Shown here piece by piece: positions 40,780 to 53,974 of a stretch of 64,000 nucleotides of DNA; positions within the stretch are counted from its first letter, which is position 1, and each line of letters opens with the position of its first letter. The DNA is from Octopus vulgaris. Its lineage: Eukaryota. The translations under genes and the position numbers were made by a program. The notes beneath the pieces are model-generated. The model saw only the letters and a program-made list of their open reading frames with translations, had not been told where the DNA came from and ran no database searches. The DNA lies in the NCBI GenBank assembly GCA_951406725.2, contig OX597818.1, forward strand, positions 139,128,001-139,192,000, given 5' to 3'.

Positions 40780-41345
40780 TAAATTATCCATATGCTTTAG
40801 CTCATTATAATAATAAATGCTGCTATATAGATTGAAGGCATTATTATAATTATTGTTTACGATATTAGTTTCTTAGTGTTGTTAAGTTTATTAAGTGACT
40901 TGAGGAGCCTGCTTTTCAGTAATGACTCAATATGAGTAAAAGATATTAACGATTCACTTGATGTCATGATAAGTTTTTATTTTTGATTGAGCAGAGGCCA
41001 GTGATCAGACTAGATTATTCATCTTTGATAAGCCTAAATCTGCTTTTCATAAATTGGATTTAGGCATGTATAGAGATGAAGGCCTAACTATTTCTACTAC
41101 TATAAACGATAGCTATTGATACCTAAGATTAGGTAAGAAGAAAAACGCAAATTCTTTCTATTATGATAACGTCTTTCATTTTGGTTCAACCTTTTATTTA
41201 GCCTCACCATGAAAACTTGTATCGCCAACAACTTCCTAAATCTGACCAGAAAATATTCCCTCACAAAATTCACATACTCTAGACTATTTAACTGACAATA
41301 ATTTTTTGCCATATTTGCATTGCGACAGCTGTAGTCGTATGACAT
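40780..41345 (+). pseudogene. Decayed Penelope-like reverse transcriptase
   Basis: RSLLF..*VK, LDVMISF..D*AE, GMYRDEGL (compare PLE GLYRDDGL), WFN...KTCIANNFLNL; a YSC.N.M motif is inverted at the 3' end. Confidence 0.7.
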
Positions 41346-41668
41346 ATAGGGAATATCATCGCATGAAGAAGGTGCAGCATACCATGAAAGAAGTGCCCCT
41401 ATATGATTGACTAAATAAACTGCAATGCAAGGAGTACCCCAGAAATTGCCTCAGTTTAACTTAAACAAATTTATGCTTATGCATGTATGTATGTATGTAT
41501 GTATGTATGTATGTATGTATGTATGTATGTATGTATGTATCATTCTATCTATCTATCTATACACACACACACCTAAAATAAATTAGGCAGCAGTTTAACT
41601 ATAAATAAGAGCTAAAGTGCTCTGATGCTGCAGTCAACGCACATAATTGTATACCTACATACTGACAG

Positions 41669-41742
<74 letters not shown>

Positions 41743-41743
41743 A

Positions 41744-41902
41744 TACGGCGGATGTCTTTCAGTTTCTGTCCCCTAAATCCACCCACAAGGCCTTGGTAGG
41801 CCCGAGGCTATAGTAAAAATCACTTGCCCAAAGAGCTACGCAGTTGGACTGAACCCGGAACCATGTGGTTGAGAAGCAATGTTCTTACCACACAGCCACG
41901 CC
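41744..41902 (-). mobile_element. SINE family A, diverged 5' half
   Basis: Similar to 1045-1205. Confidence 0.75.
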
Positions 41903-42086
41903 ATACATACATACATACATACATACATACACATACATTCATACACAAACGCACACACACATATATATGTATGTATGTATGTATATATACACAGGATGGT
42001 GCAAAAGTAGGCATACCGTTATGAAAAAAGAAAACACGTACAATACTAATTTATTTTGATAAAAACAACAACAAAAAAAGCAAACA

Positions 42087-42505
42087 CAGGAGTGGCTGTG
42101 TGGTTAGTAGCTTGCTAACCAACCACATGGTTCCGGGTTCAGTCCCACTGTATGGCATCTTGAGCAAGTGTCTTCTGCTATAGCCCCGGGCCGACCAATG
42201 CCTTGTGAGTGGATTTGGTAGACGGAAACTGAAAGAAGCCTGTCGTTATATGTATATATATATATATATGTATGTGTGTTTGTTTGTGTGTCTGTGTTTG
42301 TCCCCCTAGCATTGCTTGACAACCGATGCTGGTGTGTTTATGTCCCGTTACTTAGTGGTTCGGCAAAAGAGACCGATAGAATAAGTACTGGGCTTACAAA
42401 AAGAATAAGTCCCGGGGTCGAGTTGCTCGATTGAAGGCGATGCTCCAGCATGGCCGGCCGCAGTCAAATGACTGAAACAAGTAAAAGAGTAAAGAGTAAA
42501 GAGTA
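42087..42505 (+). mobile_element. SINE family A, near full length
   Basis: Colinear with 9005-9411. Confidence 0.9.
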
Positions 42506-42911
42506 AACTAAAAATTGATGTAAAAGTATTTTACACAGTTATGATAAATGTATTATTATGATTAATGACACTGAAAATATCAAAAATGAGATTAGCTTAT
42601 TTAATGTGCTAATAATTTTAAAGAATTAAGTATTACAACATTGATGTGATGCTAACTGTATGCTAACTTTTGCACCCGATATCCGTGCATCACCTATAAT
42701 CCTCCCCATGTCTGTCATCTATTATGTCCCTGCCGTAAGGCTTCACTTCCACACGCGTCAGCTTAATTCAATTCGTCCTTAGTTGAAAGACACCTGTTGT
42801 TAATGTCCTGTTATTTGCATTTGTATTTGTGTACCATTTCTCCGTTTTTTCCCGTCCTTGCTTTCGTATACATTCGCTGCTTTCTTCCAAGTAATCTAGT
42901 GCTCTTAGCTT

Positions 42912-43006
42912 AGTTTTTCCTTGGGGCTGGTCAGATTGGAGCAATCTCGAGTATAACCAGTCGAAATTGCAAAGATAATCTGGAACTCGATTGAAGAAAG
43001 AAAACT
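42912..43006 (+). ncRNA. Permuted hammerhead-like ribozyme, family E
   Basis: AGTTTTTCCTT-gg-GGCTGG-t-CAGATT-gga-GCAA-TC-TCGAG-tataa-CCAGTC-GAAA-TTGC-aaagat-AATCTG-gaa-CTCGA-TTGAAGA-AAGAAAACT. Confidence 0.6.
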
Positions 43007-43177
43007 CCAAATGACCCGTCCTTGTTTTCTCTTGTCCCTTTTTTGCATCATCTGTCTAGATGTTTTGCGTTCTTGTCCCATTTTTCATTCCTTTATATGC
43101 TTATATCTTCGTTCAGCTCCATTTCTTCCTACACTTAATATATACATATATATACATATATATATACATATACATAC

Positions 43178-43625
43178 ATAATTTACAAGATAAGGGCAAA
43201 AGAAAAATTCTAATGCCAAATATGCCGAATAAAAGACAAAAATTGTCAATAACCATTATAATTTATGCGTCTCGAAACAAACCGATAGAAATTTCTAAAA
43301 AAATCCGTTATTACCGTATTGGTTCCAATTTCGGGGTTAATTCATAAGAATTTTCCCCTCTTCAGCGATAAATACGTGAGATATAAGTGAAATACTTACT
43401 CATACCCATGGAAAAAGCAAGTACTAAGTCCTGAGCAGACCTAAGGGGAAAATTCTTATGAATTAACCACGAAATTGGGACCAATACGGTATTAACGGAT
43501 TTTTTAGAAATTTCTAACGGTTTGTTTCGAGAAGTATAAATTATTATGGTTATTGACAATTTTTGTCTTTTTTTTCGGCATATTTGGCATTAGAATTTTT
43601 CTTTTGCCCTTATCTTGTAAATTAT
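43178..43625. repeat. ~180-bp inverted repeat with an 84-bp spacer
   Basis: 43178-43359 is the reverse complement of 43444-43625 with few mismatches. Confidence 0.9.
43311..43372 (-). ncRNA. Type I hammerhead ribozyme (PLE-type)
   Basis: ttatcg-CTGAAGA-GGGG...CCCC-GAAA-TTGG-aa-CCAA-TA-cggtaa; all three stems pair. Confidence 0.75.
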
Positions 43626-43676
43626 TTATAAATTCAACCTTTAAAGGTATTTTTTGATATGCTGGCCAATGATTAG

Positions 43677-43764
<88 letters not shown>

Positions 43765-43799
43765 GTATGTATGTACATATATCCATACATACACACACA

Positions 43800-43848
<49 letters not shown>

Positions 43849-43865
43849 GTATATTGAGAAGACAA

Positions 43866-44010
43866 CTGCAGCGTGGAAGGTGTTTATAAGCCATTTAAGA
43901 AACACACAAAAGCTGTTCGATTCACTTCAACATTTAAGTTTAATTTGTCAAGATATTTTCGTCGCTTTAAGACCGCGACCTGTTCACTGACAAAAATCCG
44001 TGCTGCATCT
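43866..44010 (-). mobile_element. PLE-terminal-like repeat with a G3:C8 hammerhead variant, copy 2
   Basis: Homologous to 14277-14420; stem II GTCGC/GCGAC. Confidence 0.6.
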
Positions 44011-44070
44011 CACTTGCTATGCAAGTACATATCCGTAAATATTTTGAGAAGGTAATATTTATACTCCGAT

Positions 44071-44146
44071 ATATACTTTATTTAAAGCAGCAGAAAATTC
44101 AACAACAGGGTTTGTTGAATTTTCTGCTGCTTTAAATAAAGCATAT
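44071..44146. repeat. Palindrome (~35-bp arms, 6-nt spacer)
   Basis: ctttatttaaagcagcagaaaattcaacaa-cagggt-ttgttgaattttctgctgctttaaataaag. Confidence 0.9.
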
Positions 44147-44715
44147 TTCTCTACCACTGGTATTTGAGTACTCTTTTTTCCACCTTGTTTCACATTTATG
44201 TGTTTACTCCGGTGTACTGCGATATATATGTAGATTCACATAATATATACGTACGCTTCTTTGTTGATCCTATGTGTTATAGCTTCGTAATCCCCCCACC
44301 CAACACCAACCCACCAAAGCTTTCAAGATTCAAATATATTATTTCTTTATTGTCTTGGTGTACCTGTGACCTGTTAAACGGTTCCCAAACTAAAAGCATT
44401 CTACAAAATTGCTTACTTATGTGTTAAATTAAGAAGAATCGTTTAAGTAGATGAAAGCTGATTTTTCAACATCACGGTATGCCTAGCAGAGTAAGTTTGA
44501 CAATGATTAATGAATCCGATATTGCAGTTAGTTCGAATATTATTCCCTCTCTCTCTATATATATATATACCTCAAAATTTGGGCGTATTTCTAATGTTTA
44601 ATTTGAGAGAGAGTCTATGTATGTCTGTTTGGTTCAGTAATATTGTATCACTGAACTATTTCATTCTAACAGAATTTTTTTACATCTGCTTAATAATATA
44701 TAATTATATATATAG

Positions 44716-44788
44716 TGGTCTTACCACTAAGTATTGTTCTCTAGAAAATTTAGCAAACACCAGAGAACAATTCTTAGTGGTAAGACCA
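44716..44788. repeat. Inverted repeat (~27-bp arms)
   Basis: tggtcttaccactaagtattgttctct ... agagaacaattcttagtggtaagacca. Confidence 0.85.
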
Positions 44789-45047
44789 TAGTGGATCTTC
44801 TTCTAGCATAAGGGTTTCCACATAGTGGTAATTCCCACTTATATGTATGTAATACTATTTACTGAACCTCAGTTTTTTTAATATGCTAGACCACTGGTGT
44901 TAAATTGATGTTATCAAATTGATATCCAATTTTCACCCTCATTTTAATTATATATGTATATACACACACACATATATATATGATTGATTCTAGTTTCAGC
45001 CCATGAGCTGTGGCCATGCTGGGGCACCGCCATCCTGCTGGGGCACC

Positions 45048-45099
<52 letters not shown>

Positions 45100-45710
45100 G
45101 ATATATACTTTGATTAACATCTAAATATCTTTTCTGTAATACTCGTAGTCAAGTATATACTATTTTTAATCGGAAGAAATTCATAAAACTGACTCATGAC
45201 CCGAGAGTTTCGGGCACGACACTTATCTGTATTCATGAAACCCTCGGTCCTTGTGTCACCCTTGTAGCTTTGTGGTGATCTGAAATAATAATAATAAAAA
45301 AAATATATTCATGCACTGTGTTTTGCTTATGCTGTTTGTCTGTTCTACCAAATCCACCACGCACGCACCCACACGCACACACGCACACACGCACGCACGA
45401 ACATACGCACGCACTCATGTTTGCACGCACGCACGTACACACACACACACAGGTACATCTCATGTATATACAAGTTTGGTGGAACAAACAAACAACATAA
45501 GTAAGACTACGCAATTTCCATTGAAACCACATGATACGACAGTTCCATCTGCAGGTGCTGACGAAATTATCGCCTACCAATATAATCTGTATTTGTTGTA
45601 GCAGCTAACTTCTAGACGGGATTTCTCCGGACGATAACCGCATTCTATTCTACGGCATTCAAACCAAGTTAAGTTTTATGTGCTAACACACATACACATA
45701 TACATACATG

Positions 45711-45770
<60 letters not shown>

Positions 45771-46408
45771 CATAATACATATAATATATATGTTTATATG
45801 CTAACATAACGGGGCAGTCTTGTAAAGGACGGTGATACTGCTGTTTTAGCCCAAAGAAAACATCATATTTATATACAATTGTTAAAGAAGACAATAACCG
45901 TTAAGGCAAGGCAACATCTCAAACCCCCATACTTTGTGTGTGTGTGTGTATATATATATATATGTATATATATATATTACATATGCATACACATACATAT
46001 GTATACACACACATATGTATACGCACACACGCACATACACATATATACATGCATATGCATATATGGTGCAGGGCGTCATAAACCGCAAACAACATGAAAT
46101 ACGAAAACAAATGAGTTGATACGCAAAAAAAAAAACGAAAAAAAAACGAGAGAAACAAATGAAAAGCAGGTTTGAATTCTAAATCTAAGAGTAACAAAAA
46201 AAAGAGGCAGAGTTATACATATCTGAAATTTTTCTACTTATTACAATGATCCTTGTTAGCCATGTATAATATCATTTCATCCTTATTTGAAATTCTCAGC
46301 ATGACAAATAAATTATACTAAATTAAAAACTTTACTAAGCGATGTAGTTTAAAAGGCATTAATGTCTCGCATAAAAACTCTTCAGGCACGGCGATCTGGA
46401 TGATGCTG

Positions 46409-46626
46409 TTACTGACCGTGTCGTGGTAGGAGATGCGTTGTAAACAAGACAGTAACAAGAAGACTGTGGAAGATAACCAAGAAATTTGTAGTCATGTTAA
46501 GATAACCAAGAAAATTGTAGTCATTACTAAAATCCCCACTGCTACTACCATCATATTGTACATGACCCCCAACGGTAGCAGGGCTTGTGGTTTCAGTTCT
46601 ATACTGTATAGCCATCAAATAGCGTA
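46409..46626 (-). CDS. Candidate terminal coding exon, unknown protein with a hydrophobic C-terminus
   Basis: Acceptor tttatttcttcccttaacag; the phase-1 frame is open to TAA (xRYLMAIQYRTETT...LLVTVLFTTHLLPRHGQ*); no homology recognised. Confidence 0.35.
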
Positions 46627-48388
46627 CTGTTAAGGGAAGAAATAAACATCGTCAGCATTATTTCGATGGAAAGCTGATAGAAGGAAAGAAGAACCCATAA
46701 ATAGGTGCATGCGTGAATAAATATAAACAAATACTGACATTTATTTGTCCCTATTTTGCATATCGCAATACACTTTACGCTTAGTGTCTCTAACGGATAT
46801 TTATAAATTCCGTTATAAATTCGAGTAAACTTATACTTGATTCAAAACATCCACTTCCCTCAATTCCTTTTTCTTTTGCAATTTTAATAATATGGAAATA
46901 TTTTCATTTAGTGAATGGGGTGAAGATTTTTTTCTAAATTTTAAAATATTTTGTAGCAGAGTCAATGATGACACACGTATTACTTGTATACAAAGCTAAA
47001 CAAATAATTCTTGAAAGCATCTTATTTCTCTCTGGCCTTAAGATTTTTTCCATATTTCATGTTTGATGTTCTATTTCATATATATATATATATATATTTT
47101 TTTTTCATTTATGAATGTTAAAATAAACGCAGACTCAGTTTGTAGATTTCGTTCTGATTCCAAGATTGATTTCTTAAAGAAAATTCAAAATGCTAATAAA
47201 CAAAAATGAAAAAATAATCTAGAAAGAAAAACAAACTTGAGTGAGAAAAGATATTAACTTTCTTTCACAGATGAAAATGTTGAAGGTGAAGTTTTACAAA
47301 ATATTTTCTGCAAGTTAGAATCATACTCTCAATACGCATGTCACATTGCAGCCCGGAAGGAAGTCAGCTGCAGCCATTTATTTCCTTATATTTTTTTGTA
47401 TTTTTTTTATGGAGTACAAACTGTGTATGTTGCTAGAATTACTTTCTTTCTCTAGTCCATACCTTTCAGGTCTGTCCTTCTTGAATCAACGATTTACAGC
47501 TGTCTCTTTATATTCAATGATTCTTTCTTTCTTTTTCTAAATGTTTAAAACTCATCCATAATATGCAAACCACCTTACTGCCAATAAGGAAGCCAGAAGG
47601 AAAAATATTTTCTTTGAATTTCAAATATTTTTCACCGTCAGGATTACATTTTTTCTTATTCAAATGACAACGTCAACGCAAAAAAAACAAAGACAAAAAA
47701 AAAAACGAAAAAAACCCCTACTACTATTGAATGTAAAAAAGATAAATAAATATAAATATAAATAAATATAAATTAAATGTAAAAAAGATATATAAATATA
47801 AAAAAAAAAAAGCAATAAGATGCGCGGCTAAAGTTTTAAATCTTTCAAATGTCAACAGGAGACCTCCAGCTTTTTTTTTTTTTCCAGATTTTTTTTTGCC
47901 ATACTAAAGGCTGATGGTATTGATCGTTTTTTTTTCGTATTATTGTTTTGTTTATTTATTAATCCTTTTTACTTGCTTTTGAAATGAGTATGTATGTGTC
48001 CACTAATGCGCATGTCAGTAAACAATCTCGACTGGAACCTAGCAGCAATTCTAAATATTCATAATTCAAAAATAAATAACAATACACTCATGCATGCATG
48101 CATGCATCCATCCATCCATCCATCCATCCATCCATCCATCCATACATACATACATAAATACATGCATACATACAGGATTACTTATATACACACACAGATA
48201 TACACTTACATATATTTTAGTATATATATATAACATTTTATTATTTATATATATACACACACATAGATACATACATACGTTTATACGTATGTATGTTTAT
48301 GTATATTATAAATATATTTATACATGCATTCACACATACACATATACATATGTAAATACATTCGTATGAAAGTATACATGTATCTATG

Positions 48389-48484
<96 letters not shown>

Positions 48485-48509
48485 ATATATATATATATAC
48501 ATATATATT

Positions 48510-48587
<78 letters not shown>

Positions 48588-48936
48588 CTTATATAGAAAA
48601 AAAAAAATATATGCATATCTGCATATATATATACACACATATATACATGCATATACCATTCCATCCATCCATCCATACATACATGCATGCATACAAACAT
48701 GCATGCATGCATACATACATCCATCCATCCATCCATCCATCCATCCATACATACATACATACATACAAACATACATACACAGCTACTGAAAATCTGCATA
48801 AACCGCCAGTAATAATTCCTATAGTTTTAAATTCCTGAGCGTTCACCCACTCTATGCGTTTCAAAATGTTTATCTTGAATCATAAATCCTAAATTGTTTA
48901 TGTTTGTATTCATCAGTTGTTTGGTTGGAAATCTCT

Positions 48937-48968
48937 TCACTCTTCATGAGGATGCCAAAAATATTGGC
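48937..48968 (-). CDS. Candidate short terminal coding exon (RQYFWHPHEE*)
   Basis: Acceptor ctgaatttcttcag lies 119 nt downstream of the donor at 49087; followed by TE-poor, UTR-like sequence. Confidence 0.35.
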
Positions 48969-49087
48969 CTGAAGAAATTCAGCGCAAGAACCGTTACACT
49001 TTTATTTATTATTATTATTTTCTTTTTTTGGTGTATTTTTAAATTCAAAATATTTATCCGTTTATCCAGGATAATTATTTTCCTTAC

Positions 49088-49176
49088 GCATAACACTCCA
49101 CGTTTTGGAGGAAGTAGTTGTGGAATTAAGCAAAAACACGAGAGGAACGGCAATTGCCATGGCAATATAAAAACAA
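49088..49176 (-). CDS. Candidate 89-nt internal exon (CFYIAMAIAVPLVFLLNSTTTSSKTWSVM)
   Basis: Acceptor (ttg)n-ttctcgtag and donor gtaagg; encodes a hydrophobic, TM-like segment. Confidence 0.4.
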
Positions 49177-49183
49177 CTACGAG

Positions 49184-49214
<31 letters not shown>

Positions 49215-49437
49215 GTGGCAAGAAATGTGAATCAATTATAATGTCATTAAAAAAAAACATCTCTTGATGATGGAAACCACGTGAAAGAACATTCTCGATT
49301 TCTTCCATCTAAACTTGAAATAATACCAAACAATACGTTTATATTATTACCCAAAGGGAATGAATGTCTTGAAAATGCAATTATTCGGAATTTCTGAACG
49401 AAAATAATATAAAATCCGGAAATTTTTTTCTCCTTAC

Positions 49438-49516
<79 letters not shown>

Positions 49517-49521
49517 ACTAA

Positions 49522-49613
<92 letters not shown>

Positions 49614-49831
49614 TTGTCTATCTGCCTGTCTGCCTATCTGTGGTGTCTTCCTACTCACACAACTGCAAGTATGTGTGCATATATGTATGTGCAAATATGT
49701 ATAAATAGACGTGCACAGACACACACGCATACACACACATACACACATACATACACACAAATATAAATATATGTTTACATAGATGTGTGTACATATGTAT
49801 GTATGGATATATACATATGTGTGTGTGTGTG

Positions 49832-49889
<58 letters not shown>

Positions 49890-49952
49890 CACAGATACAC
49901 ACACACACACAAACACACACACACATACACACACACACACACACACATACAT

Positions 49953-50520
49953 ATTAGGTTGTCAAGAAAATTCTCGGGGAATTTTAAATTTTGGTTTTAA
50001 ATGAATGTATTTTCAAATTAATTTTCGTTAAATTACTTTGACTTGATATATCATTTTAAAGCCCGTTTTTTGCTCTCTCTAATCGTGTTACCCTTTTTCT
50101 TTTTAAATAATTAGGCCATTTTTTTGACCGTTGATTACAACACGGACAAAAAGCAAACTCGACAATTTTCGTATTCCAGTATAAGCTAGGCCGAAAAGCT
50201 GCTGAAACAGCTCGCAATATCAACGATAGGTTTGGCCCAGGAACCACTAATGAACGTACAACTCAATGTAAAGTGGATTCCTTATGACAACCGGCAATGC
50301 TCAGTTCAATGGTTGGACGCCGACGAAGCTCCACGGCATTTCCCGATGCCAAAATTGCACCAAAAAAAGGCTATGGTGATTGTTTGGTGGTCTGCGGCGA
50401 GAGGTCTGGTGAGTATGACGGATGAGGCAGAGCTTCCTAGCCCAATTCGTTCAACTTCTGCAGGGTCAGTTGTGCGACGTGCGGCCGAAACAAACCCGAG
50501 CAACGCCGGGCGATATTGCT
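49953..50520 (+). pseudogene. Deleted/rearranged mariner element
   Basis: 5' TIR ta-ttaggttgtc; KAAETARNINDRFG and KWIPYDN...PKLHQKKAMVIVWWSA motifs. Confidence 0.8.
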
Positions 50521-50580
50521 AGTACATATATAATGTTATATATTATTTCTAAAATTCCTCTAAGAGATGAACGCAATAGT

Positions 50581-50656
<76 letters not shown>

Positions 50657-50658
<2 letters not shown>

Positions 50659-50882
50659 CCATGGCGACTGAAGAAGGGGTTTCTTCCTTGTGTTATTTGT
50701 CCTGTACTATATTTTTTTGTTGTTTAAGAAAAATGTCCAGTTCCTTGGGTTTGTGTCTATGTTTTCGTTTCTCATTGTGTTCGACGTTTTTTTGGTGTCC
50801 TGTACTCATATATGCGTGTATTTATACATGTAGAGGTAGGTACGTACATATATGTATATATATATGCATATGTTTTATTTAT
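50657..50882 (+). mobile_element. Family D element (D1 subfamily), 5'-truncated
   Basis: Close reverse complement of 13868-14095; starts aaccatGGCGA-CTGAAGA-AGGGGT after (TA)n. Confidence 0.85.
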
Positions 50883-51324
50883 TAATATATATATATATAT
50901 ATATACACACACATACATATATTTGTGTGAGTGTGTGTGTTGAATGAGAGAGAGAGAGAGAAAACGATAGAGAGCAAGATTGATATATAGGCTGTCATAC
51001 GCGTAAGACATCATGTAATCGTTCAAATGTCATTAAAGTGAGAAATATTATAAGTATAATATAGTAATCAAAGGATACGTATATAAAAAAACGCACCCGC
51101 ACCGAAGACACACTCACAATCACACACACAAGCAAAAAAAAAAATAACGAAATTTATCGCTAGATTCATTAATCTGTTTCAATATTTCCACGAACTGTTT
51201 CAAACGACGTTTGACGTTTTATATTTTTATTAATCGTCTTGGTACTTCTCTTCGTTTAAGCGATAGAAATATATTTAAAACACTATTCAAGTGTTAAAGC
51301 TGATGTTATTAAGCCAAGTGAAAC

Positions 51325-51542
51325 ATGTGTGGCTCTGTGGTTAGAGTGGTTCGCCTCGTGACCATAAAGCCATGATTTCAAGTACTGGATCAGGCGACGA
51401 GTTGTGTCTTTGAGGAAGACTTTTTCTTTTACGTTGTTCCACTTATCCAGGAGTAGCTGTGTGGTAAGTAGCTTGCTTATCAACCACATGGTTCCGGGTT
51501 CATTCCCACTGCGTGGCACCTTGGGCAAGTGTCTTCTACTAT
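51325..51542 (+). mobile_element. Diverged CORE-like SINE head followed by a family A head
   Basis: tggctctgtggttagag... then caggagtagctgtgtggtaagtagc. Confidence 0.65.
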
Positions 51543-52318
51543 TTTTTAAAATTAGAAACCAAAGAATTATAGGGTTATTTTAAAATGGTAGAAAATAACT
51601 TTCATTCTAAGAGACAAATATACTGTTGGCGCAGCTGTGGCTGTGCGACTAAGAATTTTGTTTCGCAAACGTATGCTTGGCAATTTTTTTCTATCATAGT
51701 TTTTATCTGTGAAATTTTGTAGACAGAAATGGTGTGGAGGAATATCCTGCTACTGTGTGAATAGACGTGATGTCTGACTCGGTTTTACGCAACCATCTGA
51801 CACTGGATGCCGTTGTGGGGGTATCTATCCCGGTTGCAAGCATTCTGACTAAGTCTGTGTTCTGAAGATAATTCTTCACTCTAATACAAAACTGGTAGCT
51901 TTTACGGACTGCTTCGAACTAACGATGGTTGGCCATATCAAAACTCTCGATTGAACTAATTTGTCTCAGCTACAAAAAAGCACGCCAATGTGTGTGCATG
52001 CGTGTGTGCATGCTTGTGTGTGTGTGTTTGTGAATGCGCGAGTATGTGTGTGCTTGTGAATGCGCGTGGATATCTGTGTGTGTGTGTAGTTTGGTGAGTG
52101 TGCATGTGTTTGCGTTTTAGTTACTCCATGTTTGTTTACATATGCATATGTTTGTATATATTATCTACATATATCTTAATTTCCTCTATGTTGACATATC
52201 ACATACTGTAAGCTATACACAGCCCCGCCACACGCAAACACATAAAAGCAGGCGTGTGTGTATCTGTCTGTCAGTTTGTCAATCAGTCTATCTGCCCGTG
52301 TCTCTGTCTTTCTCCCTG

Positions 52319-52765
<447 letters not shown>

Positions 52766-53534
52766 ATAACATACAGCCGGCACATATTTTAAGTGGACTG
52801 AATCTAGGTTAAATATATATTAAAAAACAGACAGGTAGATGATATATGTGTATATAAACAAATGCAGAGGCACTTTTCGTGAGTTAAGTAAGTACACTGG
52901 TTCCTCGTTAGCACTTCCTTTATAATAAAACACTTCATCAAGAAGCCATATTCATCATATTTATTATAATTCAATATCATTTCTGCTTTTTTGCTTCTCA
53001 TATTTTGTTTTACTTTTTGTTTAAACAATACTAATTACGTTTGGTGCCATTGCTCTTCAGTGGTGAAGATAAAGCTAAGTGTGGTCATTATCGTAAACCC
53101 TTAAGTTCTTATCGACATCAATAAAGGGAGGTAATGTTAGTGTTAATGCGAAATCAGTTGGTGGTCCCCCTGTTTAGTTTACCTACCACGTTGATAATGC
53201 GTTAACAAATGTCAGGCTATCAGCTGTTTAACAATCAATTCGCTCCTTTAACATTGTATCGGTACGGGTTATACAGGTCGATAGTCCGGTGTTTCTTCAA
53301 CCCAATGTGTGAATCAGACTCCTGGGAACGAGTTAAGGATTAAAACTGGGGCTGATAAATTGCTTTGTTTCATAAATTTAGATGAATTTAAGCTTTTATA
53401 GAATTATAAATTAGCTCCCTTAACAATCTAGGATTTCAGATTATGCAGGTGTTTTTTCAAGGGTGGATGAGTCAGATTCCTTGGGGACGAGTTACGGATT
53501 AAAGCAGATATAGATAAAGTGCTGTTTCATAACT

Positions 53535-53872
53535 TTGGCTCATGACTCAGTGGTTAAAGCGTCGGGATCACTATCATGAGGTAGTGAGTTCGAATCTCGA
53601 ACGGTGCTGTTTTGTCTTCTTGAGCAAGACACTTTATTTCACGCTGCTCCAGTTCTCTCGGTTGTAGAAATGAGCTGCGACGTCACTGGCGCCAAGCTGC
53701 ATCGGCCATTGCCTCTCCCTTGGATAACATCGGAGACTTGGAGAAGGAAGGCTGGTATGCATGGGTGACTGCTGGTCTTTCATAAACAAAATTACTCGGA
53801 CTTGTGCCCCGGAGAGTAACTTTCTAGGTGCAATCCCATGGTCATTTATGACTGAAGGGCTTCTTTACTTCT
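53535..53872 (+). mobile_element. tRNA-derived CORE-like SINE
   Basis: Colinear with 27478-27808. Confidence 0.75.
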
Positions 53873-53974
53873 TTTACTTTTGATGGTTTGAAATTGTGAT
53901 AAATTTGTCCAAGGTCATGGCGAAAAAGACCCCAAGTAGTATAACGATATAAACTCTGTTTTGTTTTCATAGAG

